Part shown: piece after piece, positions 1 to 13,091 of the stretch | Position numbering within the stretch: the first letter of the stretch is position 1 | Layout of the letters: the number at the start of each line of letters is the position of its first letter | Assembly (NCBI GenBank): GCA_002633005.1 | Contig: NMRA01000032.1 | Coordinates: 848,911 to 912,910 of the forward strand | Origin: Phoronis australis | Taxonomy: Eukaryota; Animalia; Phoronida | Direction of reading: 5' to 3' | DNA: 64,000 nucleotides | Translations under genes and position numbers: made by a program | Notes under the pieces: generated by a model | Told to the model about the DNA's origin: nothing | The model's input: only the letters and a program-made list of their open reading frames with translations | Databases searched by the model: none

Positions 1-242
1 GAATGGAAATATAAAAATTTTGCTAATTTTGTAATGTTGCTGTGGTTGACCAGATTCCTTGAAACATGCAGAAACTATGGTATATGTTCTTTATTATAAT
101 CACTAAAAAGGACCTTTTCACAATATTTGAAAAGGCTGATTATGTTGCTACAAATAATGGAAACTTTACCAAATGTTGTTTTGTCATATCTACACACTGC
201 AACCCATGCTGATAACACGCTAAAATGTTCTTAATCTTTATA

Positions 243-290
243 TTTGTGGAGAAGTTTGTCAAAATAGAATTTCACTTGTGGGTAACATTG
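243..290. repeat. Core of a dispersed repeat family with several fragments in the window
   Basis: Motif gagaa.tttg.caaaa.agaatttcact recurs near 243, 1035, 7003, 35168, 58341 and 63365. Confidence 0.6.
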
Positions 291-620
291 TGTGCTAAAG
301 AAGTGAAGAATTCCATCGCAATGGAGAAGTGTTGCCTTTCCATGCCACCTCATTGAAAATTAAAATCTGTGGGTATCAGATGGTCAAGCGATCAGCCTTT
401 GACCAGTGAAACACACTGTACGTATGCACATAGTTTGTTCCAAGCTAATTTTTGGAACCACGAACATGACTAGCAGTTATGTAATATGGTCTGTTGTTGC
501 AGTAATGTCCCCTGTGCAAGTATTTGTAATTTTGATTGCTGATTTTCCAAAGATGACTGATTTATTCAGTTTTGTCATTAATTATCAAGAGTCGCAGTCG
601 TGTGTTTTATTTTTCCTCAG

Positions 621-3600
621 CTGTGGGACCCCTTCGTTGGAGCGTGCTTGAAACAATTTGAGTCATCACGATACATTCCCGTTACTGTGTTATCACCACT
701 GCCAGCGCCATCTTTTAACCTTGTCGCAGGAACAACAGAGGGCACTCTGAAGTATGTATTGTCAGGTGTAAAAGTTTTTATTTAAGGGTGCAGACTACAA
801 GAATCGTGTGTTTAACAAGTGCGAATGTGAGAGTGCACGATTCGGTAAAGTCCCACCAAATTTGGACAAAAAATAATTGATTAATAATTTTCTTTTTTTC
901 GTTTTTCAAGGGCGTCTATCATTGTTATGAATGCCCGCAACTTTTCAAAATTTTGTCTCGGTAATTATGAAACAGAGCTTGAACATGGAAAACTGTAAAT
1001 TTGGTGCTACATTTCTTTTATGCAAAAAAAATGAAAAAACAAGATTTCACTTGTCGTCCATAATGTGCCCTAAATTGGTGAGATTTTACCGTAGGCAGAT
1101 GATTATGTGTCTTAGCTTGCTGACTCTTATGGGGTTTTAAGTCATTTCTGCTTTGACATTGGTGCCAGGTTTGTTGTATGGATGCTCAACTGATTGGGGG
1201 CAAGCTACCCCTGCCGGAAGGAAGCTGTCCCGGGGAAAGTATTGAAAATTCAGTTGTTACTTAGTACGCGCTTGTTATGTGTTTCTAACATTTATCATTG
1301 AATTGCTGAGCTTTACAATTGGATGTTGATGCTGTTCACAAAATTGGTGTTCATGGACATGATGGGATGTTCAAGCCCATTGTTCAATGATGGTTAAAAG
1401 TGTTCATAATTCATTGTACAGTTGTGATGATGGTAAAAAACGAGAGAGGTTAGTTACTAGAAGACTATAAGTTAGGTGCACATAGGTATGTGTACCTAAC
1501 TTATAGTAGGTAACTTCTGATGATCAATGATGTTTTCCCTTTCATAGGTTCGTCGATGTTCGAGAAAAGGACTATATCCATGAATTTAGGTGTTCGACGT
1601 CACAAGCTGGTGAGTTGAATGTATTGTGCGTGTACAAAGGAGGCTTTAACACATATCAAATAAAGAAGTGGATAGTCAATTTCATAATGTTTTAATTGCT
1701 TTGCCACACGTTGTATGCAAACACTTATTGTTTTAGTGTTAGTAACCACTTGTTTAAAGTGTGAATAGAATTTCTGTCAAGCCTCTAGCTGGTAATATTT
1801 AATATTAGGCTCCGTCACTATCAGGCCCACTCTATCTCTTGCAGGACTGATTCGCTGCATATCTGTCAGTCCCAATGGGTTGTGGGTGGCCGTGGGTTTT
1901 TCGTCGGGCATCATCTCGGTACTTGACGTGAGGACAGGCCTTGTAATGGGTGTGTGGAAAGGGCACGACAACGAGGTCTTACAGGTAAGGTACACAGGAG
2001 TTCTGACAGGGCGTTGTAACTAGGTCTTATAGGTAGGGTACACAGGAGATGTGACAGACTCTTACAAAATGCCATGAGCGTTTATACACATAAATTTGGT
2101 TCCTAGTTTCTGTTTTGAGTAGATTTATGCCATAAATCGCAAAATATATTTCACCCTTACTCAATGCAGCTACCTTCCGCCTTTTGTTCTTTGTTCTGTG
2201 TTCTCACAGTGACGCAATGTGGCACGCAAAGATTGTTTCTTTCACCATTTAACAAGCCAAGCTACATTTCATTGGTTAAATCATGGTTTCTTGAGCTGCG
2301 CAAGTATTTGTGGGACTATCTGTCTGACATGTTGGCGTGTCATGGTGTTGCAGGATCAACCAGAAATCCCCTCCATTTTTGAGACTACCCTAAATAATAT
2401 ACGGGAATAGTCGGATATAAGGTGCCCGTATTTTGTGAACCAGTTTGATGCCCGTTAATCAGTGGAGAAAACTGGTTCTCAAAATTTGGGCACGTTATAT
2501 CAGACCATTACCGAATATACAGCATTCATAGACTGCTGTGAGAATAAATGTTTTATTTTATGAAACTATAATTGGTTTTTGTAAGTGTTTTATAAATCAT
2601 AAATGGTCTTTGCAAAAGAGGACCCTGAATTGTGGTTGTAGTTTCATCTTTAGTCTTCTGTTCTCTTATTGACTCACGCAGTGCTAAATTGCTACTAGGT
2701 GGAGCTGGTATCACAATTGTTATTAGGTGGAGCTTGTATCTCTAACTTCAAACTACAATTTTTTGTCTTGTAAATCAAGTTGGCGGTGTTGAAAAAAAAC
2801 GATCTTCAAAATTGCTAAAAGTATAGAAAAAAGCCCTGAAAATGAGCCATAAAGATTTGCCATGTAATTAAAAAAATTGAAGTTGTCCAAGCATCGTGTT
2901 TGGTGTCTGAATAGTGTGTTTAAAGAAGTTTTATCAATTGCAATGAAAAATCAAGATACAATTTATACCATCTGTGAATAGTGAAGTTTTGAAAAAATCC
3001 ACGATTGACAATTATGTTAAGTTTTCTCCACTTAAATTATCACATCTGAAGTACTTATTATTAATAAGCATTTGGTACAATTGTGCATCATTGTATTGTG
3101 TGGGAACAGCCCGTTTAAATTGTAGTTAGAATTAATATTTTTGTCTTGTTCTCAGCTTCACGCATATGACAAAAGCAGGTTCGTGACCTCATCGTTTGAC
3201 GGCACAATGACCATGTGGCATGCAGACGACCACAGACAGGAGTGCACATTCAAAGGTGGGTGAACACAGTTTTGTCAATAGGAATACTTCAACATACTAC
3301 TCTTTAGCATTGGGAGAGCACAAAAACATCTGTCGCTTGACCTATATTCTAATTATGATGGGCCAAGGTAACGGTAGTAAAACTGTTCTGTATGAGAATT
3401 TTTTATTCATTCACGTTCATTCACGTTCATTCTGAGAATTTGCCAGTGGAATTTTTCATGACTCATTTCAATATCCTACCATACACAAGTAGTAATTTGA
3501 CGATATGATTGTTACAAAGAATTTATATAAATCGCTGGAAAGTCCCACTGCTGTAAATCCTCATACAATAATACAACTCTTCGATCCCAACTATTAACAA

Positions 3601-6525
3601 CCCATACATGTTGAAGGTATAAATCAGAAAATTGCAAGGTTGGCAATCTGAGTTTCTCTCTCACGAACCAACCATGTGAGTGTTCTCATTAACATTTGTT
3701 TTCCCTCATTCTTGATAATGTACTGAGATTTGTGTTGGCGTGAGAGGCGCCTAAGTAAGTGCAAAGTGACCATGCATAACAAAGGAGGCCTGCCATGTGG
3801 TCTGTTGGCATCATCAACATATGACATTAATTGTTAATGGACATGCCTGTTCCTGGAAATGCTATACTTGTAAATGCATCTTCTAGTGGTAATGAATATT
3901 TATTGTGTTTGCACTTTCTAAAGCCGTTGTTTGACAGCTTTTGATACCCTTTCTATGGAACATGTAAACGTTTTTACTTTCTCAACTGTATTGGGAATAG
4001 CAGGTTTAGATGTCCTGTCAGTCACAGGATTCCTGTCATTCAATTTTTTTGTGTTCTTTATTTTTAACTTAGCTGGTACTCATTTTTTCATGAGCTGACT
4101 GGAGTTGGACAATTGTCTCTGCTTGGGCTGTCCGCATACATTAATTTTAAAACACTTGGACAAAAGATGTGTTGTCTTTCACACAGTGACATGTTTTTGC
4201 CTTGCACCAAATGTAGCATGATTGTGTTACTTTCAAATAATGGATTTTGTATTTTTATGGAATTGCATTGATATTTGGTGCCAAGTCTGTTTTGGTCACC
4301 ATGTTTTACTGTTTTCTCATCCATGTCTACATCTATCTCTGATTTATAAACAAATATAATGTAATCGTTAGGTTTGAATTGCAGTTTAAGCAAAATGTCA
4401 AGTTTTTATTTTAGCGATTGTGTTTTCTATCCATAGGCCAAACAGATCCTGTGCACTGTTTTGACTTCTATCGCAATGAGATTGTTTCCATAACGACTGG
4501 GAATCGTGTTGGGGTACACACAGACGTCACAAGCAATGTAAGTTAAGAACTGGACAGACAGTCGGGTAAACTTGTGCGGCTGGTTGGCGTATTGCCAAAT
4601 CCATGACTTTTTGATACCAATCTATAATAAATAATGTTTATGGTGATGTAATAACAGCAAGTCCATTCTTCAACAGCCTCTTTTTCAACAGTGGCTTACA
4701 TTTTGCTCTAACAATATCAGGTGGAATGTTGCCCTTGGCTGTAGTGATATTCATTTTTCTTACTGTTTTATTTTTCTTTGAAGAGACATTCAACAGCCTC
4801 TTTTTCAACAGTGACTGCCTTTTGTTCTAATAATATTAGATGCCCTTGGCTGTAGTTATATTCATTTATGTTTACTATTTTATTTTTCTTTGAAGTGACA
4901 TTCAACAACCTCTTTTTCAACAGTGACTGCCATTTGTTCTAATAATATTAGATGAGATATTGCCCTTGGCTGTAGTTATATGCATTTAATATGTAGCTGT
5001 TTTATTTTTCTTTAAAGTGACATCTGTAACTATATGGTGTATTAGAGATTAGTCCCAAATCAAATTGAAAGCCACGTCAGTGTTCGCAGTCTAATGATTT
5101 ACCAGTTGTGCTAAAAGCCAATGCAGCAAGTTTTAAGCATACTTGACTGATGAGAACACTGGCTTCAGTTTCAGTCAATCAGTGACTTCAAATAAAATCA
5201 GAAAAAGACTTCTCAAATTCCAGACACTGCGCGTTTTGCATAACAGGGCCATAAATACAATTGGAAGTTCATGTAAGGTATATAATTTCGAGCATGGTTT
5301 AATTTGCCATGTTTCTCATAATTCTTGATTTTGGGATGGCCAACATTGAGAATTTTTTAAATTTGGTGTAAGCTCCAACCATGAGCAAAATAATTCTTTT
5401 TTCACTGTCCCAAATTGGAAACGTAACATGGGCATACCCAGGGGGGCTCGGGGAGCTCAAATGAGCCCCCCCAGTTTGCCGAATTGGGCAAAAAGGTCCG
5501 CCTCAACGATACAAAAAGTCCGAGCAAACAAGAAAAAAGTCCACTAAGTCCACAGGAATTTGGCACGGATGCACAATACATAGGCCTGAACCTAGTGGAC
5601 ACGTTTTTTTAGTCCTCGTTAAATTTTTTCAGTAAAAGGTCTGTATACCAAAAAATTCAAGATCCTATATTTTAGGCTGGGTGCGCGCATGCGTATAATC
5701 GTAAATAGTTTTGGTCAAAGTAAAGAACTTCACGAAGTCTATCCTACTCCACAATAATCACCAAGTTATGTGTTTTGGCCCTGAAACTTGTTGTATCCTT
5801 GCAAACAGTTAATCAATGTTCTATGGAGATATACTTGGTCATATCATTGTCCGAATCCTAACAGAAAGTTGTAAGTGATCCGAGAAAGTTATAAGTCTAT
5901 TTGGTTAAGGCTTATTTTTATCTTTGTTTTGTCAACCATTGCAAATCTTATTCAAGTTTTTTGTCTCTGGAAGTGTGAACTCGTCTCAAGACCATGGCGG
6001 AAAACTTTGCAAAGGGTCTCGAGATTATTGCACTCCACGTGTTGTTGCAAAAGCTGAAAAAATCATTAACAGCTTACAAAAAGTGCAGTATTTTGTAAGT
6101 TTACAATATTTCCATCGAAAATTAATGAAATTTCGAAGCAAAAATTTCCAGCTTATTTTCAAACTATATTATTTCGTATTATTTTCTGTCCGATTTCTCC
6201 CTGGTTTTTCACCATAATTTCAACAAAGCTAGACGAATTTTGGTGAAAGTTTTATTAAAGTTTTTCAACAGTACTGTTAGGTGGTTATTTTCAAGTATGT
6301 TCATTACTGATTGATTATTTTCTCAGATTGCACTTCAGCCCGGAATGAATGATCATCGTAACTTCTTTACTATGAAGCTTGTTTTTCATTTTGTAGGCTT
6401 CTTTTTCGAGCGTCAAGTTAAGGTCAGACACATTCAAGGGAGTTCTGACAACTATGGCTATTCTTCCTCTAAACAGAATGCTTCTCTTGGGCGCTGATAA
6501 TGGGACTATTAAGTTGTTGTGTTGA
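621..6525 (+). CDS. WDR81: WD repeat-containing protein 81, C-terminal WD40 region (5'-truncated; last 6 coding exons)
   Basis: GT-AG exons 621-751, 1548-1609, 1845-1984, 3156-3255, 4437-4537, 6397-6525 join in phase (663 nt, 220 aa + TGA): LWDPFVG...[32 protein letters not shown]...[10 protein letters not shown]...[10 protein letters not shown]...[44 protein letters not shown]40 GH/WD signatures are present and the C-terminus matches the recalled WDR81 end (KLSSENFRGTLTSLALLP...LLLGSDNGVIRLLA). Confidence 0.9.
1464..1507. repeat. Near-perfect 44-bp palindrome (21-bp arms, 2-nt loop)
   Basis: actataagttaggtgcacata-gg-tatgtgtacctaacttatagt; one G:T mismatch; 40 nt upstream of the WDR81 acceptor at 1547/1548. 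Confidence 0.9.
1975..2057 (+). repeat. 48-bp-period tandem duplication spanning a WDR81 5' splice site
   Basis: ggtcttacag|gtaaggtacacaggagttctgacag (1975-2009) and ggtcttatag|gtagggtacacaggagatgtgacag (2023-2057). Confidence 0.85.
2397..2518. mobile_element. Small foldback/palindromic MITE-like element
   Basis: ~50-bp inverted arms (2397-2446 vs 2469-2518, about 8 mismatches) around a 22-nt spacer, TA-rich ends. Confidence 0.6.
4671..5022. repeat. Tandem repeat, 3 diverged copies of ~110-120 bp
   Basis: Unit caacagcctctttttcaacagtg...gcccttggctgtagt...ttttatttttctttgaagtgacat begins near 4671, 4792 and 4903 in the last WDR81 intron. Confidence 0.9.
5427..5691. mobile_element. Non-autonomous DNA transposon (MITE-like) with short imperfect TIRs
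   Basis: catgggcatacccag ... ctgggtgcgcgcatg; internal GC-rich hairpin ggggggctc...gagcccccc; no clear TSD. Confidence 0.5.
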
Positions 6526-7305
6526 GTTTATGTTAATAATATGTTAATAATATGTTGATAATATATTAATACTCCAATTGGAAGACAGATAACCTATTAT
6601 TGTTTAATGACTGAATCTAGTCACTTTTTCCGCAACATTTCTACAAATGATCAAATTTCGATTTGTTGTTGCTTTGTGGCAGCCATACACTTCACATATA
6701 GTTATTCTACTTAACAATACACAATGTACTAGGTCAAAGGTCAATGCAACCAGGTTACATGAGAGACTACTACTATAGACAAATAAGGTTACTTGTACAA
6801 AGATAAAATTCTATGGAGACTCCTGTCTTAGGAATTAATTATAAGGCCCTCAGGGATTTTCAGTCATTGTACTTCTCGTTTAAAACAGCGAATGCTAGTC
6901 TTATCCACAACTTCAACACAATTGATTTTGTTACCATTAACTATATCAAAAGTGAATGTGGTATTCAATGTTGTTTTTGTATGAAATTTCGGTTTATTTT
7001 CCTTGAGAAATTTGACAGCATATTGTTCCACTTGTCTGCCAAATAATGTGCCAAATAGTGGGCCGAGATGATTTGTGAGTTTTCAAATTTGTACCCTCAG
7101 GTACAGTAAAGGTTCCTAGTTTTTGAACGCTGAAGGTATGATTTTTATTTTGAAGCAAGTCCTGCCTTATTTTGAAGCAAATGAGAGTAGTCAATAATTA
7201 TGGAAATAGTTTAAAGTAGCAGAGAAATAGTGTGTCCAATAAAGTCTTAATTTTGTTTGAAATCATGAAAACCATGATCTATTCCAGTCATATTGCAGAG
7301 ACCAT

Positions 7306-7748
7306 GGTCGCGTTCCAAGAAATTTTTGTGCTTAAATCTAGGATTTGTCTTAGGTTTTGACTTGAGTAAAAACTTAAGATTATTATGCATTCCAGTTTCT
7401 TCCTCAACTTTAAGTCAACTGTCACCTTGTCTTAAATGGATCTCAAATTCTTAAAGCAGATACCATTTAAGTTTATCAATATAATTTAATCCAACACAAC
7501 AGTTTATAGCAGCGGCCTAGCTAGAAAGTTTCACCTGTGTTAAGCTTCTCAAAATCTTTGCTTTACTGTCTGTATGTTAACGCAGTTTCTATTAAATATG
7601 CCAACTGGGTATATTTGGCAGATTTGTCTGTGGAAAACTCTGGTAGGACAAATTTAAGGTAACTTCCTTGGAACAAGCAATTTTAATTTAAAATTGACTT
7701 GAGATAAAGATTTTTCATAGCTAAATAGGTTTTCTTGGAACGGGCAAC
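7306..7748. mobile_element. PIF/Harbinger-like MITE
   Basis: Imperfect TIRs ggtcgcgttccaagaaa ... tttcttggaacgggcaac around an AT-rich non-coding interior. Confidence 0.5.
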
Positions 7749-8040
7749 ATATTGAGACGTTTTCTTTGAAAATGGTTGCAACACCAGTTATTGTTCAAGG
7801 TTCGGATGCAACTCCTTATCTTAGATTTTTTACATTTTAGTATTCCTAATTTCACATATCACTTTGGACCAAGCGGAGTTCACTTATGGCGTCCATTTAA
7901 AGTTTCACTGATGCTAGACAGATTTTTTCATGTTTGTAGTGACATCTTTGGTTTGACTAAATAAACGCTGTATGGGTCCTTAAAGGGACATGTTTCATAA
8001 CAACTGCCAGAACACACCTGTTGTAAAGTGTACTCATTAA

Positions 8041-8249
8041 CCCTTTCCACCTGTGCCCAAACTTATCGCAATGAAAGCAATCAATTTTTTGTCCATGAGA
8101 CACAGAGCTCCAGGGATTGCTATAAGTTGCCCAATTTTTATGGCTCTGTCATCTTATACTCGCTGATGATGGCCTTGATGATCTGTTTGGCTGCAGAAGG
8201 GTTTGAAACATGCTTTGCGTATTAGACTAGTGTAGTGAATGTAAAAAGG
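8041..8249. mobile_element. piggyBac-like MITE
   Basis: TTAA|ccctttccac ... gtaaaaagg|TTAA: TTAA on both sides, CCC-type left terminus and short imperfect TIRs. Confidence 0.4.
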
Positions 8250-9384
8250 TTAAGGTAAGTCAGTTTGGTCATTATAGACCAGCTCAAGTATCCAATCTAC
8301 CTCCTCAGGGGTGCTCGAATTCCCTTTAGCAAACTGTAAGTCTTCGTTTGTTGGGCGACTGGTTTCAGCACAAATTGAGTGGGTTGGAGTTAAATTAAGA
8401 ATTTCTTAACGAAACCAGATGCTTTTCACTTTTTTGCTTTTTTGAAGGATTAACTTATTCAAATCTATGGTGATAGTGTGTCCAGTGTGTATTCAAAGTT
8501 CCTAAGGTAGCATCTTCGCCATTTTGGGCAATAGAAGAATTGTGAAGTTTGTCTATTTTGCTGCAATGGTCTTGTATGCACTTCAATCACACAGGAAAGA
8601 ATGGTCAGGGCCGTTGGCTGCAACAATATGGCGGGAACAATAGATTTTCTGAAAAAATAAAGATCAAGAGATTTTAGTCTATGAGATGTCATGAAACAAT
8701 TTTGATCAAGTTTAGTTATTTGCAGCAAGATAATCTGATTGAAAGACAAAAGACATAAAAATGACAATTTTGATAAATATTTTTGTGCAAAATAAGTGAT
8801 GAAAAATTTGTATGGTTGTCCTGTGTAAATGTTGTCTATAGCATTGTTCTATGAATAGTAAATGACTTGTTGTGAACTAAATGTCATGCGGCGTATATGT
8901 TCCTTGAATGGATTTCCTCTCCAGAGGCTGTTTCTCCTTCTCTTTGGTTGAGATCATGATCCCTTGAGGAATGATTGATGATAATTATGGATTTTGATAA
9001 TAGAGATTAACTTAGTTATTGAAAAAATGGGCAGTGCATACTTCGGAAGGAAACTTTAGTTCAGTTGATCTATCAGCTGCCATTTTTTTGAAAATCATGT
9101 TAGGAGTGCAATTGGTTGTGTTTACATTTTTGTATTTATAAAGAAATGGATCAAATCCGCCAAGGAAGTAGTGATTTCTGCTTGTCATTTGCATGACGTT
9201 TCTATGGGTTATCTAGTTCAATTTATACCTACTGCTTACTTGTAATTTGACTTTGTTACATAATGATTGTGTTATTGTTAAATAATTAGTACCCTTTTAT
9301 CAAAGGTCGTTCGCCTGGTCGTAGCTAAAACTGTGGTATATGAAATTTTTATTGGCAATCGATTCGATGTGGTTTGTGAAAGTG

Positions 9385-10891
9385 GGCGTTAAACTTGAAT
9401 GTGAACTACTTACTTTCAGAACATGCGCCGTCGCCTTCGCAATAGCGTGCCTAGGAATGTCTTTGTTACGACTGATGTGCGACCTTTGATATAAGGGACC
9501 CAAGCGTATACAATGCTTTGAGAACGCTGCTGTGTTTTCCCGGAAATATGATTGTCTTGTTATTCAAATATTAATTACATCTACTTTTTTCGTTTCCAGT
9601 TGTTTGAATTCCTGTTGTAGAATTTTGTATTCAGAATGAATTTCATCAGTCGAAAGATACCCAAGTCACCAAAATCATGGGATCATTTCGTAGATGAGAG
9701 CTCGTTCTTTTCGTATTTGCGTTCTGCTTAACTCGTATTGTTCATGAAAATAAATCTCGTTGACCGGCGTTTTTGTGTTGCGTCATAGCAATTTAAAAAC
9801 AGAATTACTTTAAATTGAGTAGGATTAAATCATTTCTTAAACGGACAATGAACGGCGAGAAACGCGATTTTCTGAGATCAGCCTCGGCGCGAAATCGAAC
9901 CTGCAACCCTGTGGTTGCACCCAAACGGTATGCTGGCGTAGCGAAATCACGCTCGGTAAATGATAGGTAGAGTGAACTTCGGTAGTCTCCGGCTTTGATT
10001 TCAGCGAATATATGGCAGGCAACAGAAAATCGTAAAAAAATCACAAAAACAACGACTTTTGTTGTTTTAAAGTTACCGTCAAAGTTAACTTCAGAAGTAT
10101 ATCTTATCTAACAACAATCCAAAAAATTCGTTTNGGCGTTAAACTTGAATGTGAACTACTTGCAGAACATGCGCCGTCGCCTTCGCAATAGCGTGCCTAT
10201 GAATGTCTTTGTTACGACTGATGTGCGACCTTTGATATAAGGGACCCAAGCGTATACAATGCTTTGAGAACGCTGCTGTGTTTTCCCGGAAATATGATTG
10301 TCGTGTTATTCAAATATTAATTACATCTACTTTTTTCGTTTCCAGTTGTTTGAATTCCTGTTGTTGCAGAATTTTGTATTCAGAATGAATTTCATCAGTC
10401 GAAAGATACCCAAGTCACCAAAATCATGGGATCATTTCGTAGATGAGAGCTCGTTCTTTTCGTATTTGCGTTCTGCTTAACTCGTATTGTTCATGAAAAT
10501 AAATTTCGTTGACCGGCGTTTTTGTGTTGCGTCATAGTAATTTAAAAACAGAATTACTTTAAATTGAGTAGGATTAAATCATTTCTTAAACGGACAATGA
10601 ACGGCGAGAAACGCGATTTTCTGAGATCAGCCTCGGCGCGAAATCGAACCTGCAACCCTGTGGTTGCACCCAAACGGTATGCTGGCGTAGCGAAATCACG
10701 CTCGGTAAATGATAGGTAGAGCACTTAGAGTGAACTTCGGTAGTCTCCGGCTTTGATTTCAGCGAATATATGGCAGGCAACAGAAAATCGTAAAAAAATC
10801 ACAAAAACAACGACTTTTGTTGTTTTAAAATTACCGTCAAAGTTAACTTCAGAAGTATATCCTATCTAACAACAATCCAAAAAATTCGTTT
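9385..10891. repeat. ~750-bp near-identical direct duplication either side of a single N (probable assembly/haplotype artefact) within a dispersed non-autonomous element (~9300-10920)
   Basis: 9385-10133 and 10135-10891 differ by only a few SNPs and small indels (e.g. a 9-nt gcacttaga insertion); N at 10134. Related diverged sequence at ~16200-16660 (ctgagaccagcctcagcgcggaatcgaatc vs ctgagatcagcctcggcgcgaaatcgaacc). Confidence 0.85.
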
Positions 10892-13091
10892 TCGCCCTGC
10901 CGTAAAACCGATATCCTTTAGCTGAAATGTTTTATGATTAAAATGATGGATCTTAATGTTCGATGATTGCACCGCGCGTTTTGATGTAGATTTAAACAAT
11001 GCGTGATTCTGCAATGGGTACATATGCTTTTCAAGACAAACATGTTAATTTTCCGACAAGTAAAATTTACAAGTGTGGTCGGTTCTTAACTGGCGATACT
11101 TAGAATAATGCAACCATTTATTTGATTTGATGTGTATAGGTTTGACGTATGTCGTCAATATGCAATATTTACGATTCACTATGCTGCATTTAATCATTCA
11201 AACTATAAAACAAAATCTACGTGTTGTATTGATTTCTGGATAGCCTATCTAACGCGATTGTGGGTTGGTCATCAATATTCATGCAACTGTTACTTGGTGT
11301 TTAATTTACGACGTACCGCAAATGCATTCTGTATTTATTTTGTTCATGGAAACCTGCCCGTAATGTTTATGGGCTTTACGACATCGACTCGACAATCAGA
11401 AACGAGTTTCAAATAAAATTCCATCACAATGCATATAACACGGTAACCCTAAAAACGTGAATTTTTATTTCTTTGGGCTTGTGTGTATATTGCCAGATAA
11501 AAGCTAAATTTTAAAACGCATGTTTTAAACCAAGACAGCACGTCCAAAACCCCGAGTTTTCTTTGAGAGCCGGGATTACTTTATTGCGCGTTTTAAAAGT
11601 TTAGTTTTTCGATTTCTTGAAGTCTCCATCATTACTGTATCCGCAGTGTATTTCATACACAGAAGTCTGTTTCATTATGACTTAAAGATGTATTTGCATG
11701 CTTCTAACTATGCTCGTGTATACCAGGAACTAAACGACAACGCTATTTGACCATCATCTACGTTAAACAAAGTGCAGTTGTATTAATTTCATTGACAACT
11801 TGTAAATTTGAACAAAAAATGAAAATAGGTGACCTTTACACTAATGCCGTACCTTGGGGGCTCACATAGCCCGCGTCATGCAGTGATATTCCCCTCCACC
11901 ACGTCACGATACTTAATGGACATGGTTGAGTGATTTACAGCGGATTATTTTCGACACAAAACTCATTCTTAAAAATATTTCGCTGTTTTCGACGTACTTC
12001 ATACTCACGTCGTCGCTATATCTTGTGTTTCCAACAAATTTGACCAACCAATCAAAGTGATAAGGAATTAGCGCGCAAGTTCTACTTAAGAATGAAATTT
12101 GGTCTTACGTTCCCACTTTAGAATTGTAGAATAAAGGTTTACCGTAGCCATAATATTATAAGTGCATCACAACCAAGAAAGAATTTATAGACTATTAACT
12201 TCGCAGTTATGTGTAGTTTCACAGACTTATTTTGCGTTTTTGCTCAAGCCAGATGTTCAAAAATAGTTGTGTGAAGCGTAAAACCGAATTTCTGACTGGA
12301 GTCATGAAACAGACCGTCTTGCTCATGCCTGTGTAGACGTACCCGAACATTGTGTCCGTTGCTTTGTTTTCAAAATTTGCTTTAAGTGAATCTGACGTGA
12401 GCAGGGGCCATGGCCTCCCTAAAAGCCTCTCAGATTCTACTGACGGGCTTTATCATGGCTAATACTCTGCCCCGCCCCTCCCCCAACTCAAAATCCTGGA
12501 TCCGCCCCAGTCAATTCATTCCAACAGACGAGACAGGTGCGATCCTCGCGGTATCTCAACCGGAAATAGTAAATGAACACCGGCTTGTTTATTTTATTCA
12601 TAATAGCTTGTGTATAGACGGTTAGGAAGAGCTTTAGGTTCCTTGCCTTGAGAAATGGTTCGGCTGAGAACACAAACTGCCGGTGTATCGATAACTTCAC
12701 TAGCGCTAAAGGACAAATCTAGACAACTATGCAATTTCACGCTTGCACCTGCAAAACGGTTTGATTTTAACTGTGTGTTGACTTTGTAAACGAATCCCAT
12801 TTTTGTTCTGTCGTTATTATAAGGCAGTTATGATTATCAAATCAAGCGCGTTACTGAGATCAACGTAAGCTATTCGTTTCCGAACTTGGGGACTTTTTAA
12901 ACATTTACAATTGCATTCAATGATTATTGATCGTTGAGAGCTCTTGGAATATGCGACCGTCGGAAAGGAAACGTTGTCATGGCAGAAAGGGATCAACAGA
13001 AGTAAGCTCCGCCCCCAAGGCAAGGCAATTTACTGAAACGTCAAGAGTTATGCCAGTCATTATTCAGACGTTACTTGGAGGATGATTGAAA

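Noticed and set aside
9805-10780. Duplicated ORFs MPAIYSLKSKPE...
   Set aside because: Chance frames within the duplicated repeat around the N.
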